Notes: generated by a model not told the origin, from the letters alone. A DNA stretch of 64,000 nucleotides from Caldilineaceae bacterium (GCA_022823185.1 JAJDXQ010000006.1:70738-134737), one strand, 5' to 3'; counted from the stretch's first letter, positions 18,143 through 27,210 are shown. Made by a program: numbers and translations.

Positions 18143-20461
18143 TCAGGATTCCTTCCCGGCCAGCGCCCCCAGAACGCGTTCCGGTGTCATCGGCAGGGTG
18201 CGGATGCGCCTGCCCGTCGCCGCCGTAAACGCGTTCGCTACCGCCGCGCCCACCGGCCCGATCGGCGGCTCTCCCATGCCGTACGGCGTCTTGATCCCCG
18301 TGTCCACCAGTACCGATCGGACATTTGGCGCCTCTCGCATCGTCAGCAGCGGGTAACTCTCGAAGTTGTTCAACTCCAACCGTCCGTCCTTCACATACGC
18401 CTGCTCGATCAGCGTCGACCCCACGCCCCACATTACGTTCCCCTCTATCTGCGCCTTCGCCCCATCCGGATTCACGACCAGCCCACAGTCCACCGCGCAG
18501 GCTACGTCATGGACCCTGATCTCGCCGGACGCTGCGTCCACGGACACCTCCGCCACCTGAGCCACCACTGTGTTTGATGCAAAACAGGCCACGCCCCGGG
18601 CCCGGCCCGCAGGCGGCGCCGTCCCCCATCCGCTCAGCTCGGCGGCCGCTTCCAGGACAGCTCTCATGCGTTCGCCCGCAGGACTGTCCGGCAGGTGATC
18701 GAGGCGGAACTGGAGCGGGTCCGCACCCGCCGCCGCCGCCAGCTCATCAACGAAACTCTCCACTGCAAATGTATTCGCGAACAGCCCTAACCCCCGCCAC
18801 CAACCCGTCCATACCGGCAGCGTTTTTCGCCAGGCTGTCACCGTGAGGTTGGGCACTTCATAATTGATACGCGCCCCAATCGTCGCGCCGAAGTCCGCGC
18901 CCATCACGAGCGCCATAAAGTCCGGCATGAAACTGAAGGCCACGTCGCTGCTACCCTGCCTGTGCTCCATCGCGATGATCCGTCCAGACCCGTTCACGGC
19001 GCCGGAGAGAACGCTTTTCGTCGGCGGCCGCAGGTAGCCATGATGCATCGCTTCCCTGCGATCCCATCCCACATGGACCGGCGCGCCAGCCGCCTTGGAC
19101 AGACGGGCCGCTTCAATCGCCACTCCGGTATCAAGCTTGCCCCCAAAACCGCCCCCGAGATAGGTCGGAACCACCTGAACGGTGTCGGCATCCACGCCCA
19201 GTGCTTCGGCGATCTGCCCCTTCGCCCTTTCGTGAGACTGAGTCGAAACCCAAACCGTCACCTGGCCTTCCTGTACATCCGCAAGCGCTGCCGGCGCCTC
19301 GAGCGAGGCCTGCACGGCAAAAGGTGAACGATAGGTGGCCGAAATCGCGGCCTCTTTCCCCAGCACCGCGGCCGCATTGCCCTCCCGCTGGATCGTGACG
19401 CCACCCGCTCCTTCAGGCTCGATCAGCGCATCGATCTCCTCCTGCTGCCACAGATACCCTTCATCCCACTCCGTCTCCATCGCCTTCACCGCCGACCAGG
19501 CCGCACTGCGGGAGTTCGCCGCCACCCCGGCGAAACCGCTCTCCACATCGATTACAAACTCCACGACGCCCTCTCTCGCTGCCGCCTCGCCTGGTGACGC
19601 GCTGAGCAGTTTCGCTTCCAGCGTAGGCGGCCGCGCCACAGCGCCGTACAGCATATTGGGTACGCGCATGTCATAGCCGTAAACTGCCTGCCCCGTCACC
19701 TTGTCGGGAATATCGACGCGACCAACCGACTGGCCAATGACCGTGTATTCATCTGCCTGCTTCAGCTGCAGCGCCTCCTCTTCAGGTAGGTCCCAGTCAG
19801 TAATCGCCGCAGCTAGCCTGTGGAAGTCGGCCCGTTTCTCAGGGTCGGCAGCGACGGCAAACCCCCGCCCTTCAACCTTCAGAGCATTCTCAGGCTGCTC
19901 CAAGACCGCCGCCGCCTCCCGCTGCAGCAAATTGCGCATGCCCGCAGCCGCGCGGCGCAGCGGCCCGAAGCTGGAGGCAACCGAAAAACTGCCGCCCGTA
20001 CCGAAACTGTCCACCAGCCTGGAAGACGTATCAGCCTGCGCCACGACCAGATCTTCCCAGCTGATTCCCAACTCCTCAACCGCAATCTGCGCGATCGACG
20101 TGTGAACGCCCTGCCCCATCTCCACCTTGGTCAGAGAGAGACGTATGCGGCTGTCCTCCAATACTTCCAACCAAAGCGGTGGCTCGGCAGGCAGCTGCAT
20201 GAAACTGCTCCCCGCGTGTTCAGCCTCCGCAAAGGTCTCCGCCATGACTTCGTGCAGAACCGGCCTGCCGAAATACGCGCCCACGGCCAGGCCGGCTCCC
20301 GCCGCCCCCAGTCCGATCAGAAAACCGCGCCGCGAGAGTCTCCAGCGCCGTTTCCGCGGCGGGACAGGGTCTTGTCCATCCGCCCCTCCTTCCCCACTGT
20401 TTTCCTCTATCGAGTCGGCCTGCGCCTCGACCAGTCCGTCTGCATCGCGTTCCTGGGTCAT
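18143..20461 (-). CDS. Molybdopterin-binding oxidoreductase large subunit (xanthine dehydrogenase family, IorB-like), Tat-exported
   Basis: 772-aa ORF with twin-arginine signal RRGFLIGLGAAGAGLAVGA. Aldehyde oxidase/xanthine dehydrogenase-type blocks (GGGFGGK, VEGNVMWG-like EGNVMWGVG). 4-nt overlap with the 2Fe-2S subunit gene. Confidence 0.85.
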   Translation of the reverse strand: MTQERDADGLVEAQADSIEENSGEGGADGQDPVPPRKRRWRLSRRGFLIGLGAAGAGLAVGAYFGRPVLHEVMAETFAEAEHAGSSFMQLPAEPPLWLEVLEDSRIRLSLTKVEMGQGVHTSIAQIAVEELGISWEDLVVAQADTSSRLVDSFGTGGSFSVASSFGPLRRAAAGMRNLLQREAAAVLEQPENALKVEGRGFAVAADPEKRADFHRLAAAITDWDLPEEEALQLKQADEYTVIGQSVGRVDIPDKVTGQAVYGYDMRVPNMLYGAVARPPTLEAKLLSASPGEAAAREGVVEFVIDVESGFAGVAANSRSAAWSAVKAMETEWDEGYLWQQEEIDALIEPEGAGGVTIQREGNAAAVLGKEAAISATYRSPFAVQASLEAPAALADVQEGQVTVWVSTQSHERAKGQIAEALGVDADTVQVVPTYLGGGFGGKLDTGVAIEAARLSKAAGAPVHVGWDRREAMHHGYLRPPTKSVLSGAVNGSGRIIAMEHRQGSSDVAFSFMPDFMALVMGADFGATIGARINYEVPNLTVTAWRKTLPVWTGWWRGLGLFANTFAVESFVDELAAAAGADPLQFRLDHLPDSPAGERMRAVLEAAAELSGWGTAPPAGRARGVACFASNTVVAQVAEVSVDAASGEIRVHDVACAVDCGLVVNPDGAKAQIEGNVMWGVGSTLIEQAYVKDGRLELNNFESYPLLTMREAPNVRSVLVDTGIKTPYGMGEPPIGPVGAAVANAFTAATGRRIRTLPMTPERVLGALAGKES

Positions 20462-20946
20462 ATCGCGACCTCCTCTTCACCCGCCCTCACGGCCGCCTGC
20501 TGGACCGCCTGCAGGATGCGCACATAGCAACCGCAACGGCAGTAGTTCCCGCTCATCGCGCGCGCAGTCTCCTCCTCAGACGGTAGCGGGTTCCGATCCA
20601 GAAACGAAACCGCCTGCATGATCTGGCCGCTCATACACCAGCCGCACTGTGGTACCTGGTGATCGATGAACGCCTGCTGGACGGGATGCAGCGTGAGCTC
20701 TCCGCCCCCATCCCTCTCCGCCAGCCCTTCGATCGTCCGAATCTCTGCCCCCGCGACCGCAGCCAGCGGCATCAGACACGACCGTACCGCCGCGCCGTTC
20801 ACATGAACCGTGCACGCGCCGCAAATCCCAACGCCGCAGCCAAATTTCGTGCCAGTCAGACCCAGCCAGTCCCGCAGCACCCACAACAGTCTTTCTTCCG
20901 CGGGGACATCCAGCGTATAGCTTCTTCCATTGACATTCAGTTCCAT
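20458..20946 (-). CDS. (2Fe-2S)-binding small subunit (IorA/CoxS-like)
   Basis: 162-aa ORF. GCGVGICGACTVHVNG and CGWCMSGQIM...YCRCGCY cysteine clusters. Confidence 0.9.
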   Translation of the reverse strand: MELNVNGRSYTLDVPAEERLLWVLRDWLGLTGTKFGCGVGICGACTVHVNGAAVRSCLMPLAAVAGAEIRTIEGLAERDGGGELTLHPVQQAFIDHQVPQCGWCMSGQIMQAVSFLDRNPLPSEEETARAMSGNYCRCGCYVRILQAVQQAAVRAGEEEVAI

Positions 20947-20973
20947 TCCAACCCCCTCCTCATCCCCCCTGCG

Positions 20974-21741
20974 CTACAACACAATCTCCCGACCCGGCTT
21001 CGCGTCAAGCGAGCCCCCCAGATCCACAAGCGCCCCAGCGACCTCCCGTAAACAACCGGCCAGGTCGGTTGCCACCCGGCTCTCGGGGATACGCAGAATT
21101 GTCCACCTGTCCAGCGGCCCGGACGCCTCACGCATATCGCTGGATTCATCCAGCCGGATGCCCAGATATCCGTTGCGCACCCGCAAAGCGATGTCCACCG
21201 GCCATTCTCCCGCCAATCGATTGGGAAGCGGCCTTAGCCGGTTGGCGCGCAACGCATTCCAGAGCGCTTGAAACGGCTCTCCCTCCAGCTTCAGCTCCGT
21301 AACATCCTGCGCGCGTAACAGACGCTCCAGCGTCGTGTGCATAAAAGTCAGGCGTCGAAACGTCGCTGCCGCAACCGGCTGTGCCAACCGCAAAAGCGGC
21401 CCGATCTCGATCCGAAAATAATACTCATCCGCCCGCGCATGGCCCGCCTCCTCCGGGAGAAGCTCGGCGCGCGACAGCAACTGATAACGGCGAATCGCCG
21501 CATAATAGCTGATCGTGCGAGCTTCCGACCTGCTCCCGAAAGCGCCTGTCTGGTAGAACGCCAGGTAGTCTGCCCCGACCCGCCGCGGCGCTCGCCGCTG
21601 CGGAATGCGATACCAGCCCTCCGATGCCGCCCTTCGCAGATCGGCCTCGTTGTTGACAACCGCCACAAGCACCGTCCGTCGCAATTCGTAAGGGTCTGTA
21701 TATTCCTGAGACAATTCCCCACCCTCTTCCCTAATGTACAT
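20974..21741 (-). CDS. Hypothetical protein, translationally coupled to uvsE; C-terminal Vsr/DUF559-like nuclease motif (tentative)
   Basis: 255-aa ORF whose start overlaps the uvsE stop by 11 nt. N-terminal half WYRIPQRRAP..ADYLAFYQTGAFG; C-terminal half LAGEWPVDIALRVRNGYLGIRLDESSD. Confidence 0.55.
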   Translation of the reverse strand: MYIREEGGELSQEYTDPYELRRTVLVAVVNNEADLRRAASEGWYRIPQRRAPRRVGADYLAFYQTGAFGSRSEARTISYYAAIRRYQLLSRAELLPEEAGHARADEYYFRIEIGPLLRLAQPVAAATFRRLTFMHTTLERLLRAQDVTELKLEGEPFQALWNALRANRLRPLPNRLAGEWPVDIALRVRNGYLGIRLDESSDMREASGPLDRWTILRIPESRVATDLAGCLREVAGALVDLGGSLDAKPGREIVL

Positions 21742-22711
21742 GCCCCATCAGTCGCGGCGCATACTTGCCGATCTGTTCCCGCAGGCGCAAGAGGGCAACA
21801 TCCTTCGCCTTGGCCTCCAGCATGACATCGAATGAACGCAACCGCGCTGAAACCGCTGCCTGCAGCAGTTCGATGACCTCAAACGGGTGCAGGAAATCAC
21901 TGTGCTGGTGCGGCAGTGGCATCTGCAAGCGAGCCTTGCCGTCCCGGTAAAGAGTTCGCACCGCTGTGCGCGGGCTGCTGACGTGGATCTTTGGGCGTAC
22001 ATCCCCAGGCCACGTCGCCAAAGCAATCTTCAGCGCATCCAGCTGCGGGATCGCATCCGGGTTGTGGCAGCGGTGGTGGAGCGTATCCAGAACAACCGGT
22101 ATCCCCGTCCGTCTGTGCGCCCACAGTACATCTCGAAGACCGAACTGCCGGTCTCCGTTCTCCAGAACCAGACGCTTTCGCACATGTTCCGGCAGCAGAT
22201 TGGCCGTGCGCGCGAATCGCTCCAATGCCGCTGGCACGTCCTCGCCGCCCCCGCCCACATGAATCACAACCACGCTCGACGCATCCAGGCCCATCCCATC
22301 CAGCAGAGAGGCCGCCGCAGCCAGCTCCAGGCTCGAACGCGAGACCAGAGCAGGATCCGGGTGGCTCAACCGCACGTAGAAGCCCGGATGCAACGTCAAC
22401 CGCACGCGCTGTTGTCGCGCCATGTCCCCTATGGCCGCCAGTTCCGTCGAGCAATCCTCAATCTGATTGTGAAACGAAGGCAGGCCCGGGTGGGTCAGAT
22501 AGGGCGCAAGCTGGCCGGCCATCCGATAGAACCGGATCTCCCTCCGCGCCAGGTAGAGAAATATGTCGCGCAGATAGACCAGACTGACGCTCAAGTGCGG
22601 GCTGTTCTGCCAGCGCCGGCTGTCATGCGACCGCAGCCCCGACGCGCCCAGCACCTTGACGGGAAACCCCAACCGCACCCGCGTCCCGTTCGCCATGAGG
22701 TGGTCGGACAT
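21731..22711 (-). CDS. uvsE: UV damage endonuclease (UvdE/UvsE family)
   Basis: 326-aa ORF. RLGFPVKVLG..., IRFYRMAGQLAPY, RLTLHPGFYVRL, VVIHVGG, RLVLENGDRQF and DTLHHRCHNPD follow the UVDE TIM-barrel motif order. Confidence 0.85.
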   Translation of the reverse strand: MSDHLMANGTRVRLGFPVKVLGASGLRSHDSRRWQNSPHLSVSLVYLRDIFLYLARREIRFYRMAGQLAPYLTHPGLPSFHNQIEDCSTELAAIGDMARQQRVRLTLHPGFYVRLSHPDPALVSRSSLELAAAASLLDGMGLDASSVVVIHVGGGGEDVPAALERFARTANLLPEHVRKRLVLENGDRQFGLRDVLWAHRRTGIPVVLDTLHHRCHNPDAIPQLDALKIALATWPGDVRPKIHVSSPRTAVRTLYRDGKARLQMPLPHQHSDFLHPFEVIELLQAAVSARLRSFDVMLEAKAKDVALLRLREQIGKYAPRLMGHVH

Positions 22712-23350
22712 CTAACTTTTTTTGGGAAACGTGAAGCCGCGATAAGAGGTGTTGTTTCTTTTGCGCACGTAGTCCAACTTGAATTCGCTCGGTGGGCAAC
22801 TGGGTCTGAAAGTCTCTCCTCATTCCCATTGTCCAAAACAGTCCACGCCTGTCAGCCCTGCAACAGACTAACATAGCAATGACCCGCCTTCCAACTGCCT
22901 GGGCAGGTGTACGGGCGCCGTTTCAGTCCCGTTTCAGGTCCATTTATGCGCCAGCGGTCCGGGGCACGCAATCCTCGCGAATCCCCACTCCGCCCCGGAC
23001 CGGAAACAGGCTCGTGTCTTGAATCCCCGCGCTGCTGGTGATTCCTGCCTGAAGTTGACGTCGGCGCCAGTTGTTATGTACTCTAAATCTGCAATCGACA
23101 CGCCTGCCTTGCGGGGAGTGCTGGCCCCATCATAGTTCTCGGCGCGATTGCACAGCGCCGCCGTCTCGGGGTCGCCCCACCTGGCCTCGCCATAGGATTC
23201 GTAACGGCAGAGAGAGAACTGGAATGATTCTCGATTTCCCCCCTGCCCGGACTGGCGGATGCTTAGGCATGGTTTCCTTCGTTACCTGTTTCTCCAACCA
23301 GTCCTGATAGAACCGGGACACCCATTCCCAGCGCCCAAGGAATCACGAGT

Positions 23351-24790
23351 ATGTACAGTTCACGCCTCCTGGCCGTCACGACAGCGCTATTCATCTCACT
23401 GACCGCGTCGGCAGGACAACTGTCGGCGCAGGAACTGTCACCTGCAACCCGGACCGGGCCGCCGGTTTCCACTCCCGTCCAACCGTCTTGGCTGACAGGT
23501 GTCCCGGCATCTGTGGCGCACCGCTCAGTCGCGCCTGCGCCCGCCTCCGTCTCCGCCGCGATTCCGCCTGGATGGAATGAGTATATCGACAACTCCCTTG
23601 GCTACTCTCTCGCCCTACCCGCCAACTGGCAGACTTTCGACCTGCAGGCCGGCGATCTGGACAGAATTGCCGGCCTTCTTGGCGGTCGCGCCGTGTCTCA
23701 GCCGTTGCGCAAATACATGGCCGAGCCCGCCGGCCAAAAACTCGGGCTCTTAGCCGTCGATTCCGACCCCAGCGAGCTGTTCGCCCTCCCGCCTTTCCCG
23801 ACCTTCCTCAACGTCTCAGTCGCCAACTTCCCAGACGATCTCTCCGACGAACAGTGGGTTGCCCGCGTTGAAGAGTCAATCTCCGCGCTGGGTGAAGTCC
23901 GGATCGAAAGTGTCAGGCTCGGCACGCTCAACGACCTGCCCGTGGTCAGAGCCGCCGCCGTCTACCAATTGGGAGGCAGGGGCGCTGGCCTGACCGCCCA
24001 TCTCGACGTAACCATCGTCCGCGTTGACCAGACGGCATATACGCTGACAATCGCAACCCGGCTCAGCAACGCCTTAGCCAAACGAATTGTGATTCACCAG
24101 ATCGTGCAGACCTTCCGGCCTGTCCTGCCCGAACAAGCGGAAGTCCCAGAGCCAGCCCAAACCGCGACAGCGAACGAAGCCGGTGACCTGCCCGGTCTAT
24201 CAGCGTCGGCTCCTGCCGCCGCGCTTCCCAGGTTCTGGATACCCATCGTTGACGGGCGTCTGGGCTACTCTCTCGCCGTGCCATTCAACTGGCTGATTTT
24301 CGACCTGCAGGAGGGAGACCTGGACAGTGTGACAGGCCTCCTCCGCGGCGAACTGGCAATGCGGCAACTGCAGGCCTTTCTCGACTCGCCGGCCGGAGAG
24401 ACTCTTGGGGTCTTTGCCTTGGAAGCGGACCCGGACAGCATGTTCACTGTCCCGATCTTTCCGACCTTCCTGATCGTGTCCACCGCACCGCTGCCGGAAA
24501 ACATTTCCGACGAAGAGTGGCTTGCACTCGCGGCCCAATCCATCTCTGCCTGGGGCGATACACAGCTGACAGCAGCCGAATTGGACGCAAGCAACGCGCG
24601 TCCGGCCATCAGGGCCACGGCTGCCATACAGTTGGGCGAGCCAACGCATCAGTTGACCGCTCATCTTGATATGACCATCCTGCGAGCCAACCAGACCGCT
24701 TATCTTCTTATCATCGCCTCCCACCCGGACGCAGCCGCCGCCAACCAACCGGTGATCGAGCAGATAGTCGATTCCTTCCGAGTCGAATGA
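23351..24790 (+). CDS. Secreted hypothetical protein with an internal two-fold domain duplication
   Basis: 479-aa ORF with signal peptide MYSSRLLAVTTALFISLTASAGQLSAQ. Module 1 (about nt 23570-24130: GWNEYIDNSLGYSLALPANWQTFDLQAGDLDRIAGLLGG...FPTFLNVSVANFPDDLSDEQW) and module 2 (about nt 24230-24787: FWIPIVDGRLGYSLAVPFNWLIFDLQEGDLDSVTGLLRGE...FPTFLIVSTAPLPENISDEEW) are collinear. Confidence 0.6.
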   Translation: MYSSRLLAVTTALFISLTASAGQLSAQELSPATRTGPPVSTPVQPSWLTGVPASVAHRSVAPAPASVSAAIPPGWNEYIDNSLGYSLALPANWQTFDLQAGDLDRIAGLLGGRAVSQPLRKYMAEPAGQKLGLLAVDSDPSELFALPPFPTFLNVSVANFPDDLSDEQWVARVEESISALGEVRIESVRLGTLNDLPVVRAAAVYQLGGRGAGLTAHLDVTIVRVDQTAYTLTIATRLSNALAKRIVIHQIVQTFRPVLPEQAEVPEPAQTATANEAGDLPGLSASAPAAALPRFWIPIVDGRLGYSLAVPFNWLIFDLQEGDLDSVTGLLRGELAMRQLQAFLDSPAGETLGVFALEADPDSMFTVPIFPTFLIVSTAPLPENISDEEWLALAAQSISAWGDTQLTAAELDASNARPAIRATAAIQLGEPTHQLTAHLDMTILRANQTAYLLIIASHPDAAAANQPVIEQIVDSFRVE

Positions 24791-24890
24791 TGCCCGGATG
24801 CCAGCTGGCCTTCGACCCTTCATTCTGCGCCTGATAGGCTGCAAACACATCTGCTGGAAACCGTTCACTGCCCGACGAGGATCCTCAACC

Positions 24891-27203
24891 ATGAAACAGA
24901 GACGATTCATCGCTCCGCATTTCTGCCGCGGCGCCCTTCTGCGCATCGCCCTTCTGCTCATGCTCACCCAGGCTGTGGTCGTATCAACCGCCTACGCCCA
25001 GAGCGATGACCTGCCCGAGGGCGATCCCGACCGCGAGGCCCTGACCGCGCTCTTCCACGCCACCGACGGCGAAAACTGGGTGAACAATCAGAACTGGCTC
25101 ACCGATAAATCGCTCAGTGCATGGTATGGCGTCACCACAAACGACAGCGGGCGCGTCACCCGGCTAAGCCTTCGCGGAAATCGACTGAACGGCGCCGTAC
25201 CGCCCCAGCTGGGCTCCCTCACACAGTTGGAACAACTGGTGGTTGACGACAACCTCCTCAGCGGAGAGATTCCTCCTGAACTGGGTAGCTTGTCCCATTT
25301 GCAGTGGCTGGACCTCGACAGAAACCAGCTCACCGGGTCGATTCCTCCCGAACTGGGCAACCTCAAACTGTTGGAACGGCTGGACCTGTCGGGCAATCAG
25401 TTGAGCGGGTCCATCCCTCCGGAGATCGGCGGCCTCACAGAGCTGCGGACGCTCTACTTCGATGAAAACCAGCTGATCGGCGCAATCCCGCCAGAATTGG
25501 GTTTCCTCGCCAATCTTCAGACAATGTTCATCGAAGAGAATCAACTGAGTGGCGAAATTCCGTCAGAATTGGGCAATCTAACCCACCTGCGGGCCATGTC
25601 TCTGGAGGAGAATAACCTCAGCGGACCGATTCCAGCCGAACTGGGCAACCTCACGCAACTGCGCTCGCTCGATCTCGACGAAAATAATCTGAGCGGTCCC
25701 ATCCCCCCCGAACTGGGCAACCTCACCGAGCTGCGCTCGCTCTACCTGGACGAATGCGGCCTGAACGGACCGATCCCGCGGCAACTGGGAAACCTCACCC
25801 AGCTGCGGACGCTGCTGCTCAATGACAATGCGTTAAGCGGCCCGATCCCACCCGAACTGGGCAACCTGGCGCGCCTGCAGTCGCTCCAGCTGGCAGGAAA
25901 TACTCTGAGCGGCGAAATCCCGCCGGAGTTGGGCGGCATCCTCCAGTTGCAGGAGTGGAATATCGGAGGAAATCAACTGACCGGCTGCATTCCCGACAGC
26001 TGGCGCAGCGCCGCGTCGATCGATCGCGACCAGCTGGACCTGTCCTTCTGCCCTGCGCCCGCGGAGCTGGAGCCTGAAACACAGTCCCTCTTTGGATTGG
26101 ACGGCGATCTGCTCTTCGCGCTGTACCGCGTCTCCCTGAGGACCCTTACGCATCAGTCGCTGCAGGGCCTCGACCGCGCAGCCCTCACTTCCCTCTACAT
26201 CGCCTTGGGCGGAAACGACTGGGTGAACAGTGAGAACTGGCTCAGCGACGAGCCGCTCAGCGCATGGTACGGCGTTACCACCGACCTCAACGGCCGCGTG
26301 ACCAGCCTGGATCTGCGCGGAAACCAGTTGAGCGGTTCGATCCCGGCCGTGATCGGGCGCCTTTCCCATCTGAAACGACTGGTGATCGATGACAATCAAC
26401 TCACCGGACCGATCCCGCCCGAAATCGGTTACCTGACCCACCTGACCACCCTGGACCTTGACCGAAACCGGCTGACGGGCCCGATCCCTCCGGATCTGGG
26501 TAACCTGGCCAATCTGGAACGACTGGACCTCACCGGAAACCAGCTCAACGGGCCCATCCCGGCCCAACTCGGAAATCTCACCGCGTTGCGGACCCTCTTC
26601 CTCGATGAGAATCGGCTGACCGGCGCCATTCCTCCGCAGTTGGGAAACCTGATCGAGTTGCGCACGCTCTACCTCGAAGAGAATCGCCTGACCGGCCCCA
26701 TTCCGCCTGAGCTGGGCAATCTGGTAAACGTGAGTCTCTTCTCCCTTGAGGAAAACAGCCTTAGCGGCCCGATTCCGCCAGAGTTGGGCAACCTCGCAGA
26801 GGTCCGCACCCTCTATCTCGACGAGAACGGGTTGAGCGGTCCAATCCCGCCCGAACTCGGCAATCTGGTCCAGCTGCGAGTCCTCGACCTCGACGAAAAC
26901 GAGCTCAGCGGCCCAATCCCGCCCGAACTCGGCCGTCTGACCCAGTTGCGAATCCTGTTCCTGCGCGAAAATGAACTGAGCGGCTCGATACCCCCTGAAC
27001 TGGGAAACCTTGCTCACTTGACCTGGCTCTACCTGCAGGACAACCAGCTGAGCGGTGAAGTGCCATCAGCGCTGGGCAACCTCGCGCGCCTGCAAGGGTT
27101 CGGTCTCGGCGCAAACCGGCTCAGCGGCTGCATGCCCGTAAGCCTGAGCCGCGTGCTCCACAACGACCTAGACGATGTAAATCTGCCTTTCTGCGTCGAA
27201 TAG
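24891..27203 (+). CDS. Secreted leucine-rich repeat protein, plant-specific-type 24-residue LRRs, two tandem 12-repeat modules
   Basis: ORF 24798..27203 trimmed to ATG 24891 (MKQRRFIAPHFCRGALLRIALLLMLTQAVVVSTAYAQ signal peptide). About 23 repeats of LxxLxxLxLxxNxLSGxIPxELGN, each module headed by an L(T)ALFHATDGENWVNNQNWLTDxxLSAWYGVTT cap. Confidence 0.85.
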   Translation: MKQRRFIAPHFCRGALLRIALLLMLTQAVVVSTAYAQSDDLPEGDPDREALTALFHATDGENWVNNQNWLTDKSLSAWYGVTTNDSGRVTRLSLRGNRLNGAVPPQLGSLTQLEQLVVDDNLLSGEIPPELGSLSHLQWLDLDRNQLTGSIPPELGNLKLLERLDLSGNQLSGSIPPEIGGLTELRTLYFDENQLIGAIPPELGFLANLQTMFIEENQLSGEIPSELGNLTHLRAMSLEENNLSGPIPAELGNLTQLRSLDLDENNLSGPIPPELGNLTELRSLYLDECGLNGPIPRQLGNLTQLRTLLLNDNALSGPIPPELGNLARLQSLQLAGNTLSGEIPPELGGILQLQEWNIGGNQLTGCIPDSWRSAASIDRDQLDLSFCPAPAELEPETQSLFGLDGDLLFALYRVSLRTLTHQSLQGLDRAALTSLYIALGGNDWVNSENWLSDEPLSAWYGVTTDLNGRVTSLDLRGNQLSGSIPAVIGRLSHLKRLVIDDNQLTGPIPPEIGYLTHLTTLDLDRNRLTGPIPPDLGNLANLERLDLTGNQLNGPIPAQLGNLTALRTLFLDENRLTGAIPPQLGNLIELRTLYLEENRLTGPIPPELGNLVNVSLFSLEENSLSGPIPPELGNLAEVRTLYLDENGLSGPIPPELGNLVQLRVLDLDENELSGPIPPELGRLTQLRILFLRENELSGSIPPELGNLAHLTWLYLQDNQLSGEVPSALGNLARLQGFGLGANRLSGCMPVSLSRVLHNDLDDVNLPFCVE
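25161..26003 (+). repeat. LRR array 1 (about 11.7 x 72-bp coding repeats)
   Basis: Counted from RLSLRGNRLNGAVPPQLGSLTQLE to EWNIGGNQLTGCIPDSW. Confidence 0.85.
26304..27146 (+). repeat. LRR array 2 (about 11.7 x 72-bp coding repeats), paralogous to array 1
   Basis: Counted from SLDLRGNQLSGSIPAVIGRLSHLK to GFGLGANRLSGCMPVSL. The repeat-by-repeat order of DDN/DRN/(S/T)GN/DEN/EEN variants mirrors array 1. Confidence 0.85.
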
Positions 27204-27210
27204 CCAGCAG

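Noticed and set aside
22900-23050. Fragments resembling SRP-RNA/RNase P motifs (TCAGGTCC, GGTCCGGGGCAC, CCGGACCGGAAAC)
   Set aside because: These are only short partial matches. The conserved SRP helix-8 motif (GGUCCGGAAGGAAGCAGC) and the RNase P GGAAAGUCCGGGC/ACAGAAA boxes are absent. They cannot be supported without a covariance-model search.
25088-27114. Many ORFs on the minus strand and in alternative plus frames inside the LRR gene (e.g. 25833..27017, 394 aa; 25164..25544; 26429..26665)
   Set aside because: They are periodic shadows of the 72-bp coding repeats, since each repeat lacks stops in several frames. The plus-frame LRR consensus is unmistakable.
25161-27146. Could the regular 72-bp repeats be a CRISPR array?
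   Set aside because: The repeats are contiguous with no unique spacers, are only ~60-80% identical, and are in-frame coding for LRR units. No cas genes. The heptamer arrays are likewise far too short for CRISPR.
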